This document shows, piece by piece, positions 1-13,300 of a stretch of DNA of 64,000 nt (position 1 is the stretch's first letter; each line of letters begins with the position of its first letter). A program made the position numbers and the translations under genes. Under the pieces are notes generated by a model. The model was not told the origin of the DNA, did no database searches, and saw only the letters and a program-made list of their open reading frames with translations. Source of the DNA: Bugula neritina (taxonomy: Eukaryota; Animalia; Bryozoa); contig OZ037765.1 of NCBI GenBank assembly GCA_964035545.1, forward strand, positions 23,807,504-23,871,503, read 5' to 3'.

Positions 1-424
1 TCATAAATATTATAAATATAATTATTCCCCAATACAAAAATGGATAAAACAAGACTAAAAGACTATAAGTATAACTAATAGGTAAAATTTACCATATATA
101 TTTAATTCCATTCAATAATTGTTATTCATATTGTAATTGTGGTGTACTTTTAGTTTTACTTTTAGTTTTACATTCACTTTCAGATTGAGATTGATCATTT
201 TGGACAAACCTGTTTTGCTAATTACATCATTCTCAACCAGATTCGAAGTGCCACCCGCAGGCATTGTTAAAATATCAATCACACAATATTCCAATTTAAT
301 CTTAATTGAAAGCCCAGAGGTAACAATAAGTATAACACCAATCTGATTTTATCAATGTTATTGCAAGTGTTATACTTATATTCCAAAAATTGACAAAATC
401 TTCACAAATATCATGTGACTTCAA

Positions 425-600
425 CATCCGGTATAGCAAGATGTTGCTAGAGCTCGCGAGTCAAAAAATGTATCGGCAATGTTTCAAAAGTAAATATAGC
501 GATTACGATATTTTTGAAGACTGCTTTTTCTTATATTATCTTTCGCGTTTCAATTTCGTTTGTTTCCATTCTGCTTCCCGTCGAGGTCCCTTGCATCAGA
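425..600. promoter_or_regulatory. CpG-enriched putative (possibly bidirectional) promoter of SLC25A32
   Basis: Local CpG cluster in otherwise CpG-poor DNA, with the CTCGCGAG palindrome at 453-460. It is flanked on both sides by periodic low-complexity tracts and lies ~1.4 kb upstream of the ATG; acceptor-like sites at ~1658 and ~1877 suggest 5'UTR exons. Confidence 0.55.
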
Positions 601-1620
601 GTGATATTCTCATTCATATTGATATTGTTACATTATTAATATTATTGTATTTTTATACCATTTAACCCTGAACCTTGCATCAGAGTAACCGGTTCTTGTT
701 CATATTATTTTGCTTTGAATAAGAATTATAATCATAGTGTATTTTCATCTATAATCATTACTTGACGTGTGAACCTTAGGCTTATTACTTAATAACTTAT
801 ACTTATAGTTATTGGTTATTAGTTATTACTTATAGTTATTACTTATTAGTTATTACTTATTAGTTATTACTTATTAGTTATTAGTTAATGTAATACTATT
901 ACTATTAGTTATTATTAATAATATTATTAACAATCACTGTGACAATCACAATGAGTATGACGTTAGACAGTCATTATGATTATGACTGTATTGAAGTGCA
1001 ATGTGTTAACAGTTAGTGTATTTATAATTTTAGTCAGCTATCACTCAATCAGTTGCACTATCAACTATGTCCATAGGCATCCGCATAGACTTTTACTTTT
1101 AGTAGTACTATACTCAGTGCTGTATTAGTAGTATCAGTATTGGTATTAGTGTAAGCAGTAGAGTATACACTTACTCTCAGTTACAGTGTACACTATTACT
1201 ATATGTTATAGTAATAGTATAACTATTACTATTAGTTTTAGTATACGAATCGTTATAGTGATATTAATAGTAATGCTAATATTAAGAGTAAGTAATAGTA
1301 ATACAATATAAATATACTCTAGACTCTAAGCCTAAAGTCTATTATGAGTCTTTAAAAGTAAGTCTATAGTGATAGTCTAAGTCATAACTAATGTAATAAG
1401 AATAATAATAACTAATATCAATTGTTTATTGGATTTATTTTCGGAAAGCATAGTAATTGATAAGCAATTGCTTAAGCATAAGACTAAGCAATATTAAATT
1501 CAATTTAAGCATTAATATGAACAATTAATGATTTATAATTATTATTTTCAAATTTATCATAATTATTAATAATTAAATATAATACTTATATTTATATTGG
1601 GTTTATTAAGTTGTATTATT
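600..1620 (+). repeat. AT-rich, mostly 6-bp-periodic low-complexity tract (with a (TTATTAGTTATTAC)n core at ~816-885)
   Basis: Examples: aatcac-tgtgac-aatcac-aatgag-tatgac (~932-961) and taagca-attgct-taagca-taagac-taagca (~1461-1490). Confidence 0.8.
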
Positions 1621-1932
1621 TTGAAATCACCATGGATTATAAAGTTTCATTATTTCAGGTGTTATTAGCCTGCACATGTAGATTGGTTATTAAGTAGCAC
1701 CTTTCAGAAGCTCTGCTGGGAAGTGGTTATTCTGACTTCATCATACTGTTGAGAATGGTCAGTCTTAGTATTTTATGATAAACTAAAAACGCTTACTGCT
1801 TAGATTTACTTTAGTAAAATTAGCAAGTTTGCTGTTATAAAAGTTTATTCTGATATCTTTATATATATTTTTTGCAGACAACAAAAGTTCTACTACAAAA
1901 TCAATAGACTTTAAAACTTTACTTAATTCAAT

Positions 1933-4737
1933 ATGTCTTTAATGAAAATTTCCGACATCAAGTTTGATCATCTATTCGCTGGAATATGTGGAGGAGTTGT
2001 CTCAACAGGCCTTTTACATCCTTTGGATTTGGTTAAAATCCGCCTGCAAGGTAAGTGTTGTATATATAAATTATCTTACTCTGTAATAGCAAAAGCTTGA
2101 TAGTATTTCTACTAAAGTGTAGTCTTATTGGAAAAGATTTTTTCAGCCATTTTATAAATACAGTAATTTTTTTCTTGAAGCAGAAAGGGACATCTGTATG
2201 CATAAATTGATGTTTGTTGTTGAATTTGTGTTGTAATTTAGAAGTTTGATTAATCATTTTTTTATCAGTATAGCGTTTTTTATCATTGAGCTTGATTTTT
2301 TTATACTCACAAAAATGGTCAAACATTATGTTTTGTGTATGTTTAACCAGTGTTTCATCACTAAATAGTGTAATAGCTTAATATATTTTACAGTCAATGA
2401 TGGTGATGCCAGCCGACCAACTTACAAAGGAATTGTAGACTGCAGCAGGCAGTTGTACAGATCCTCTGGGGTTAGAGTGTTCTATCAAGGTGTGGTTCCC
2501 AATATATGGGGAGCAGGTCTTTCGTGGGGTTTCTATTTTTTTTTGTGAGTATATATTAGTTTTTCAGCACAAAGTCTTCTGGTGATAAAGACGTTGACTG
2601 CTTATTAGATTTGAATATTATTTTGTTGATGAAGACTGTTGCATATGAGTGTCTAAACATAGTACTATATTTGTTGACTGTTTGATAAATGTGTACGCAT
2701 TGTTAATTGATTTTGCTGATATGTTTTAGTTATAATAATATTAAAATGTATATGCAAGACACTGACTCCAAGAAGTCCCTTAGTGCTATGAGTCATATGT
2801 TGGCAGCAGCTGAATCAGGTGTGTGACAGTACTAATACTCTCAGTTTACAGCTTGTGTGTAGCTGACTATATGCATGACATTTACATGTGGGTGTGTGCA
2901 GGTGGCTATCTGCATGACATCGACATGAGGTTGTGTGCAGACGGACATGCTAGTTTGAATACCAACATCACTACTTCCTACAGGTGTCCTTACACTGGCT
3001 CTCACCAACCCTATCTGGGTGGCTAAAACTAGAATGTGTCTGCAATATGAGAATACGGCTGTGTCGAGTAGAGACTACTCAAGTTTAGCTCGAGTTCTAT
3101 TAAACATTTGGAAGCAGGAAGGCATTAGAGGTTTTTACAAGGTCAGTTGTTAAGTTTTTTTTAGATATCCATTGGCCAATTACACAAATTTTTACATTTC
3201 CTTGACTTCGAAAGTCCTAATAATTACAAATCGTAATCGAATGAGCTCGTTTGGGGATTTTGTTGGAGAAAAGTTATATTCAAGTATTTGAAGCAACTTC
3301 ATACTTTCAAATTTTTAATTATATTTTCAGTTTATTTCAATTTTTTATGATAAGTTCTTGAATTTTCTGCTGAAAGGTTTTATATATTTTTACTCAAATA
3401 GTCTAACTAAAGCTTTACTAAACTATAGGAGATTATAGGTCATATTTCTATATTTTGTAGGGCTTTATTCCTGGTATATTTGGTGTATCACATGGTGCTC
3501 TACAATTCATGTCTTATGAAGAGTTGAAGAAATTGTACTTCTCTCATTATAATCTTCCAGTAGACACAAGACTGGTATGTACTCACCTTGTCACACGTTT
3601 GTTGCTTTTCTCACATCTTTTTAAAAGTTGGTTAACAAGATTTTTCTGTCCATTTCTTTTGATGAGAAAAACTTGACGATCATTTAGTGTTTTATTGTTG
3701 TTGTATGTAGCTGATATAAATGCACGGAATGTTAAAAGGTACACTTTCTCAAGTCATTCACTCATGTCACTTGAATATAATACTCAACATTTTTCTCTCA
3801 AGGCTTTTATGTCTTTCATTCTACTTATATACAATATGCAAGCACATGCATTAATTTTTACACTGATCTTGTATGTTCTGATCATTAGCAATATCATACG
3901 CTATCAACTTTGTTTGGCTATTAAGTTATCAACAATTGTACAGACGTCTCATACCACAAGTGTATCTAACTATTTATTGCACTTGGTTTTGAATACTGAA
4001 GTATGGTATGCTAGTACTAGCCCAAGACCTAAACCCTATCTCTATCAGTATTGATTGCATGTAATACCCTGTGCAATAAAACTTTAGGTTTAAAATAATG
4101 TAAATTATAATGTTAATAGTAAAGATAGTTTTGAAGGATGCAATTTTTTAAGAACTACTCTCCAGTGATTTGTTGATACCAATGGGTCCCATCACATATG
4201 CTAACACAGTTGTTATATTGTTTATAGGGGCCTCTAGAGTACATTACTTTTGCCGCCATCTCAAAAATGTTTGCTGTTGTTACAACATATCCGTATCAAG
4301 TTGTGAGGTCTCGCCTGCAAGACCAACACAGACAGTACAGCGGAGTAATGAATGTTGTGACACAAACCTACCGGTAGTTATCTTCACATGTACATACATC
4401 ATTAATTATTGAGAAAAAAGTAGACAACTCCATCTAGAAAGAAAGTGCTAATCAAATAATTTTCACAACACCATTCTTTTTTTATAACATGCTAACCATT
4501 TACTACTTCAAAACCATGATTATTATTTGCAATACTTGTATTACAAGCTAATAATTTCACTATATAGTTTTTGGTGTTATTGAAGTGGAGATATTGTTAT
4601 TTGCTTTCAGAAATGAAGGATGGAGAGCGTTTTACAAAGGCCTGATTCCAAACTTGGCGAGGGTGACCCCTGCCTGCTGCATCACTTTTGTTATTTATGA
4701 GTCATTCATGACGTATGCTAAGTCTACGAAATATTAA
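1933..4737 (+). CDS. SLC25A32: Mitochondrial folate/FAD carrier (SLC25 family), 7 coding exons
   Basis: Exons 1933-2050, 2394-2544, 2730-2818, 2984-3141, 3461-3574, 4228-4373, 4611-4737, all GT-AG and in phase. The three carrier signature repeats are [24 protein letters not shown] and [11 protein letters not shown]. Subfamily-typical stretches [38 protein letters not shown] and [14 protein letters not shown] are present. Confidence 0.93.
2855..2940 (+). repeat. Intronic ~39-bp degenerate tandem repeat (~2.2 copies)
   Basis: tgtgtgtagctgactatatgcatgacatttacatg / tgtgtgcaggtggctatctgcatgacatcgacatg / tgtgtgcag. Confidence 0.7.
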
Positions 4738-7358
4738 GATGATTGAAACTTATCTTGATAGTCTTTAAAATGAAATGTTAATTTTAAATTATATGCTGAG
4801 ATTATATGTATTTGTAACCAAGAAGATGAGTGCAATTTTTATCTAAAATTTAAACATATCAGTTGTATTTTTATGTATATTTTTGACTGTATTGTTTGTT
4901 GTTGCTATTGATTGTATAAATGTAAAGTAATATGTGAATATTATATACGTTTATTTAAAAATAAATGTAATTAATATTAGATTAAAATACAATTGCATAC
5001 AATGGCCCCACTATATACGTGTTGTTTGTGGTTATAGTGAGTGTAGATAACATAAATGACATGCTTTTTGATACGAGATAATAATATAATGTTTAAAATA
5101 ATATTCTAAACTATAGCATGCAGCAGATATAGATCTAAGTCATATAAATTCATTGGTCGGTCAAGTTACGGTTCAAACAAAACAATGCAAGTCAAATTCA
5201 AGCAATTACTTGAGTGTAAGCTGACTCGCAAGCCAATACTTGGTTGAATCAGCAAGTTAACAGAAAAACTTAGTATTTACATAGGTTTTCTAGTTCAAAT
5301 AAAATGTATTCAATTATTTGCTCTAGTTTCATTTATATTATATATGTATAAAATTTTCTAATAGAAATATAATATAATTGCTATAATATTCAACACTACT
5401 AATTCCAAAATTACTTATTGAAGCGCTATTCACTTTTGAATAATTGTTTTCAACATGCTATTGGATTAATAAACGTTATTCAAACAAATTAGCAACAGTT
5501 TGGACACTCTAACCTCTAGAAAGATTAGTTTTTTATTTGTAAAAACATCCTAAACTTGTTGAAGGATTTAACTAGCAGGGGGAAGAGGAGGGTTAAGGTG
5601 TTTGAGTCACCTGGGTTTGACCTGCTTCAGTTTGGAATGCTGCTCATACTTGGCATTCTAAAAGCTATACAATTCCTCTAAGTCTTAGAAATCAAATACT
5701 GTTTATGGTAAAGTTGTGCTCAATTGTCTTTGTGTTCTCACAAATAACTGTTGCTAATTTGATGAAGTTCAAGTGTAAACTGGATATATTTTAAAGCTGT
5801 TTCCATAGAAGTAAGTAATCACAACTTAATTATTTTTAGGTTTGTAAAACTTGGTCTGATCAGATTTGGCTTTGGGACAAAACTGTAGTATGTAGTGGTA
5901 AACAATATCCTCAATTGTTAGGATTTTTTACTAAAACGAGAATTTTATGAAAAAAGCAGTATTTGTAGCTTAGGTAGTTTTCTGAAAGTTCTTTGTGTGT
6001 AACTATTGTTTTAAACAATTTTAACTAATTCATATATTACGATAACTTATTACATATGAAACATAAAAGGTTGCAAACTACATGCCACTGGTTTGTTGTT
6101 ATACGTGATGCTCGACAACAACGTTTCTCTGTTAGACTGCCATTACATCATTGCCTATAGATTTGTAATTTAACAAGTTGTTAGAACCATCGTGAAAATA
6201 TGCTAATATAAGCAGCTTGATAGAAAAAGTTATTTATAAAACATACAAGTTTGAATGGAAGTTATTCCAGTGTGAGCGAAGAATAACAATGCAATGTTTT
6301 AATTACAGTAATTAAGCTGCTACTTCTTTCTGTCACTTGTTATTTTTTCTATTCTATTATTGTTTGAGTGTATTTGGCAATTATTTAATACTTGACTTTT
6401 CCTTAACAGCAGTAAAATATTTTTGAGATGAAATAACTGTTACTGTTGGAATAGACTGACTTATACTTAAATGTTAAGTCCTGGGTTGGCTAATATAATG
6501 TACTCTGTAGGCACAGTCATATATAATATGCAAGTAAATAATGAGATTAAGAGTTTCCCATAATTACCCATATGTCTCAAGTTAATAAGTTGATTGATCT
6601 CTTATTCTTTAATTAGAAATTACCTCAAACTCAGTCTGCATTTCTAATCTTCATAATGGGCATTAATAAACACAATGTCTAAGGCAGTGACATGTGCTGT
6701 GTAATGCGAATAGATTGAAGTAAGGTAAGGCAAGCATTTCACTCTTTTAAGTTTGCTAGCTTTCAGGAGTTGGCATCTCATCTCTGGATACCTACAGTTA
6801 AGTGAATCTACTTTAATTGATCTTAACCACAAACACTTTGATATAAACTGCACTACTTCAAACTATACTCCTTAGTATGGTGTATACACACAGCCACCTA
6901 AACTAATGACAAGGTCAGCCATTAATTACCTAGGTCTTTGTTGTGTACTATTTTTAACTGAAAGGTCATTATTATTCTATGAACACTTATTAGTCTTATT
7001 TAAATTCTAGGTTTAAATGAAAAATTTGCTCTGCGTTGTTTGACAAAGGATCACATAACTGTATGGCATCCGGCAAGATCGGCATTTCAGTCAATATTAA
7101 ATCACTGCAGCAATAAAGCTTATCTGAATATTGATACAAATCAGGGATTGCTATATGAAGCATAGCCTGAATACCACACTGGTTGTAGACAGGAGAGTAA
7201 AGGGCTGCATTAGCTAATCACATCTCAGGGGTATAATCTGATTGGCTAGCTGAACTAGACTGCTCAGGCAGTGAGAGACTGATTGCTGCACACATATGCA
7301 TATAGAAGAGGTCCGAGCAGAGAAGCAGCACCTTCTACTGCTGCTGTCTACTAAAGCT

Positions 7359-10300
7359 ATGGAGATATACAACATGATGCCACGCTGCTTTGGTTCTGTT
7401 CTAATCTTAACTGGATTATTTTCCTTCCAATTTTCACCAGGTATGCCATCTGTTCACTGTTGCTTTCAAGTGGTGGATTATAATACTATTGTAATTATAA
7501 ACTTCTAGAGCAAACCAACATAGTATAATACTTATAGTTATTACTTATTATTCTAATCTATAAGTATAATGTAATATATAATATATAATTGATCTTGTAG
7601 CAGTGATAAACATATCAATTTGCTAAATCTTATAATGGTATAATAGACATTTCTCTTGTATATTATATACTTATATAGCCAAGACAAACGTATAGATAAG
7701 TAATAATATTAATTATTACAAGTGGGGAATTATTTAGCAAATCATTAAATAGTTTTGCTGTATACTTTGGCTTCATTGTGATTGAGCTACTTTACCACTG
7801 TAAGATAGCAATCCTGTGGTTTTCTGACAGACTTCATATTGTTACCACCCATGTTTTTACTAACTCTCTTTGCTGACATTATATCCATTTATCATTAGTA
7901 TTGCAACATATTTGACTGTCTGAAAGATCGTGCAACCCTCTCTATTATTTATTAGACAATTCATTTCAGTTAAATTGATTTTAAATCATAAATGACAATG
8001 TCAATTCTTGCTCTAGACTAATAAAAACTATTTTTGGATTAGTATTTTAATCATATCTATAATAACATAAGTTGGCTTGTGTTGCATTAAGTGATTAGTC
8101 AATCAAAAACATGCCAGTTAGGAAATGTGTTTTTCTATATGTTTACTTTAAGCTGCAGTCAGATGAAATAGGTAACTTAAACTGGCTTATATTTATATTA
8201 TTAAAGCTTCTCTTTGCAAAAATATAATTTGAAAGGGCCTAATTTATTCTATATATAATATCTTTCTGCCAACAACTCAACTGACAGTATTTTCACAAAG
8301 ATTTACATGCCATTTCAATGACACTATTGAAATAAATTAAAACACGTTCTGTCAAACAGCCTTGTCATATCAGCCCAATGTTTTTAGAAATAATATGTAA
8401 TTTATATTTGTTCATAAATTATATGTCTTGCATAACGTCATCTAAAATTTGGACTTGTTTCTTAAAATAAACTCCATTTGCTTCTGCTGAAATCTACGAG
8501 TTGCATTCCTTCCAAGAGGCCTGATAAGTGTTAATTTTGCTTTGAAGTTAAAACAGCTTGCCTTGACCATACAATTCAGAACAAATTATCATTATTTTGT
8601 ATGGTTGTCATAAGCCTGGAAGTGCAATTCATCTCTTTAATCTAAATACATTACTACCTAAATGAAAACTGTCTACAGCTTCTTGCACTTACAAATTTGC
8701 AAATAATTAATGCAAACCAAGACTTAAAACTACACTGCCTCAATGTTGGGTTCCTGTTTTAGAAGGAGATTGGCTTTAAGTAACAAGTCCCTTCAACCAT
8801 CAATTAACTGACTGTTTCTTTTTTGTTAGTTTCAGAGATTAAATAGTGTCTTTCTAATCCAAAATTCATTTGACATGGTGTAATGCTACACATTTTAATT
8901 TTTATTTGTTTTTTTTTTATATTAATGGTAAGCATAATAGGTTGGTTTGAGAATTTTGAAAAATGTAGGAGTTAAAAGTCATATCTTACTGAAAACAAAA
9001 AAGAATTTGTTGTTGCAGCTTCCATCATAATTACAGAAATCGTAGAAACATTTAAATGCCACAGAGCTTTAAAACTGTTCACACATTCCTACTAGTGACA
9101 TTTTGGATTCATAAAAAGCAATATGTAGATTTAGCACAATAATGGCAACTCTAACTGCGGGTGGTAAGCTGGGAGTATTGATTTGACGAAACAGATGCTT
9201 ATTCAATGGATAATGTATATTGTATTACCTGATCAGATGTACGTGTATCATATATAAAATAGTGTATCATTTATAAAATAAATCCAAAATAGTGTATATA
9301 CATTATCAACAATCACTAGTTCTGGGCACTATCAAATATTCCATTGCTAGAGTAACCAAACAACATGTATGTGCAAAACTGAAGCAATCATTTAAGTTGT
9401 CCATTTAAATTTGAATCTTTAATTAATATCTACAGGAAAAATCCTATTTCCTCATTGAAATTATAGCCATATGTAAGAGTTGAACTTACTCAATACTAAA
9501 TGAAATTAACTCAAATATTCTATTATATAACATTGAATTACAAATCATTGAATGATATTTGCTCTAATGCCTGTGAGTTTCAACAGTAAATGTCCCTTCA
9601 GACACTCAATGGTTAGCCTTTAAGCACAGCCATAGAAATTTCATTGAACGGGTAACTTTAACTAGAAGCTCTTTTTGCTACTAAATGTTAGTTTATGAAT
9701 GCATGAGTCAGAATGTGGGTTAGTTTGAGGAATCTGTCTAATGAGTTTATAATGACAAGCAGGGTTAGTCTGGTGTATATATTAAAGGTCCTGTAGTGTA
9801 AACTTTTTGCATCAGTTTAAAGAGAAATAATGGGCCCTTTTGTTTTTTAGGTAGCTTGAAGTTGTTATTTCAACCTGGTCTGCTGCTAATAACCTGCATG
9901 TGTCATTGCTACATTATACTGGAAATTCTATGTGTAAATTCTGATTTAGTTGCTATTGTAAACATGCTGAATAAATGTCAACAACTAATGAATGTGGGGA
10001 GTTTCAATAATCAATTGATTTAAATATTTGTTCTGTTTAGGCAGAGGGTTGTTATTACTGCAACATATGCATTAATCCTCTAGTTTTCATCCGGGCTTTA
10101 AAACCCAGTAAATAATCAATATCGAATTTAGACAATTTAAAACTTTTTTTTAAAACTGATAGCTGCTTTACCTTAGCAAAAGGCAATTGTACTGCATTAT
10201 CTTTGGAATAATATAAGTAGACCAAAAGAAGTTTTGGCATCTCTAATGCAGCATAATTATTCATGTAATCTATGATTAATTATAATATACTACTGGGGAG

Positions 10301-13300
10301 CATTTGAGCATCTTTAACTTCAAAGCCTTATAGTAAATTCAATTATTAAATATGGTGTTGAATGCTGTTTACAAAAAGAATACTATACCTGTATTAATCT
10401 TCATGTTGTAAGCATTCTCTGGTATTATGATAACAATACCCCCAGCAAGAGATCTGCTCATTAGAATGTGTATTGTGTAAGCATAGGGCTAGTAGCAGCA
10501 TGGCTCTACACTCCTGCACCTGGAAACTGATTGAAGGCAATTGTTGCTCTATTGAGTACATCTTTTATCTTCCTAACTTTCTCATTCAATTAATCTCTCT
10601 TGAAACTGCTGGCATCTGTTAATTTCAATTCAAAGAGAAGTTGCATATTTGTTATTTTAATACCAATTTTCAATAACTAACAATCTTTGAAAATCTTCAT
10701 TATTTTTCAAGGAGTCAGAAGTAACCTGTATGTTAGAATTTATAAAAGTTTATACTTGAAAGCCAAAGCCCTGTTGCTGCCTTGGCAATAACTACTTGCT
10801 GCCTCTAGTGCCTGCCATCACTAATACTTTATGATATAAGGTGTGATCAGCAGCTCACTCTACTTCACTAATTAGAGTAAACAGTATAAGTGCTACTTTT
10901 ATGATTGGGCTTTCATTTAATCCTAGATATGTTATTGTGTTACAAAAAGTAGTTCAAACAGTTCTTTCAGCACCTGTCTACGGGCTATAATAACAGTGCT
11001 GCTTGTATTAGAAGAGTGGGGTGTGTAGACTCTATAATGAATATAAAGTGGTATCTAAAATTAACATCATTTCATAAATGGCCATCCTTAATCAAGCTAG
11101 TAATTGTTGATACACTTGTCAGGTTTAACTGCACTCAGTGTTCCCTCCCTTCTGAAACATTACCAATTAGTGTTAATCACCATTTCGGCATTACAAGCCT
11201 GTGTGACACTTTGGCATATCATAAACCATTAGATGTTCATGAGATTATCAAACCCATACTTGATTGCATTATACAACACAACCTGCTATGTCCCATTTCT
11301 AGTATGTTTCCTTAGTTTTTATAGTACTGGTTTATTGCCTCTTTCAAAGATATGGTATGCCTTTTGGTGGCTTAAGAACTGGGAAAGATTTATCTGTAGT
11401 AAATGTTTTACTGATTTATGTTATAGCAATAATCTTTTGCAAAAATTGCTTTCATGTTTAGGAATTGGAATTTTTAAAATAAATATTGAAAATGTCAAAA
11501 CTCTTTTAGTTACCGGAACTACTGAATTACACAGAATTCACGATTCAACAACATGGTACTATCTCTACTATTCACAAATCAGATATTCTTGGCAAAATGC
11601 AAATACCCAATGTACAAAATATGGAAGAACCTTAGTGGCCATTCCACTCTCCGGGGCAGTTGAAAGCCTGGTCGTTGAGTGGGATTTAATAGCTGATGTA
11701 TGGATCGGGGATGGCAATGGTGGTTGTATGTCTTTGAAAGAAGAGTGTACCAAGGTAAGAACCTCACTATGGTCATATTAAAATTCATGCATTTGTAATA
11801 GAAGTAGAAAAACATAAGAACTAAATCCCCATTAATTATTGATCTAATACATCTGTATACTGACAGGTCTTTTGCCTCTTGACAGTGCAGTAATTTATAG
11901 AGGGCTGTACAGTCTATACTTTCAGCTTGCTTATCGAATTAGATAAAAAATATTTAACTTGAACCCAATTTTTCAATTTTTTTTTCTAAACTTTTTATTT
12001 GATGAGCGCAAGGATGCCATAGGTGCATGTCTAATTGAATACCCCTGGGGAAATGAACTTGGCTACTGCAAAATGCAGATGAACTAATTTATTACTTTAA
12101 TTTATTTAATTTATTACTTTAATCATATAGCAAGCAGTAATGTTTTAACAACCTTTGATTAGGTTTCAAGTTCTATAAAATCAATAGGTACTATAAAATG
12201 CTGCGTACCAGTTTTGTTTAAAGATGGCTAATTTTGTGCATACTCACAAGACTAGCAATACTAAAGCAATAACACAAAATATACTGATGAGGGCAAAATG
12301 TCAAAATGTCAAAATAGCAAAAATAATACTAACTACTTAGACATACCAGATAATGTCAATTTTTCTTTAAAACATCTACAATCTATTTTGATGTCTCTGT
12401 ATATCATTTTGGTGAATGACACTTTTATGTGAATATAGCATTATGATTGGCCATTGATGGCTTCTGTCAGAACCCCTTTTAGTTGTGAATAATGTAAATG
12501 CAAGTCTGAAAGGTGATTATTTTATACATTAAAAGTTGAGTTGCTCATTCAGAATTTCATTTCATGATGCAGGTGTCTAATTCAGCTTTTGGAGGCAGAC
12601 AATGTGTAGAGACGAAGCTTCAGCCACAGTCTACAGATTGCTCTCTTAGCAAACTTTACGTGATCTGTACAGAAGGTGAGACTATAAGCTGATATGCTGT
12701 GTGCTGTGAAAATAATCCAGGAAGAAATATTTTTTGTTTTAAAACTACAGGTTTTAATTTGATTTACCAATTTATACAAAATAGTAAAAATTTTAGTTAT
12801 AATTGTATGATAGTTCTGTTTAAATACCAGTCAAATCACACCATCAATATATTGGTTGAGTAACACATATAAGACTAAGTTGTGTTGATGTCACTTATAT
12901 ATATTTTGTTGCAATATGCTGAGGAAAATGGCTGCATGGTCTGCATTGTAAACTCCCATTAATTCGATTGCAGTTTTGCTACATTATAATACCAATGGCA
13001 TTAATAGTACTTATTGCATTTTTATTGATTAATTGAAACATTACCAAATTGCACCTTATTTACCAGCCAATGTACATTTTCCAAAAATTAATTTCCTAAT
13101 AATAAAGTTACCAACTTTAGCCAATCTAATTTCCTAAACAGTTAATAATAGCTGGCCCCTTACTGTTTAAGCAACAATGTCAAGGGCTAATGTCAAAGGT
13201 TATGAAAACATTAATATATTATTCTAACTTCAATTTTTTCAGTAAATTTATTGACTCTTTAGTAGTCTAATACTTCAGATCAATAAAACTGAAAAAGTCT

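Noticed and set aside
112-346. ORFs with alternating residues (TFSFTF / KVKLKV)
   Set aside because: By-product of the 6-bp periodic non-coding tract; no splice partner or domain.
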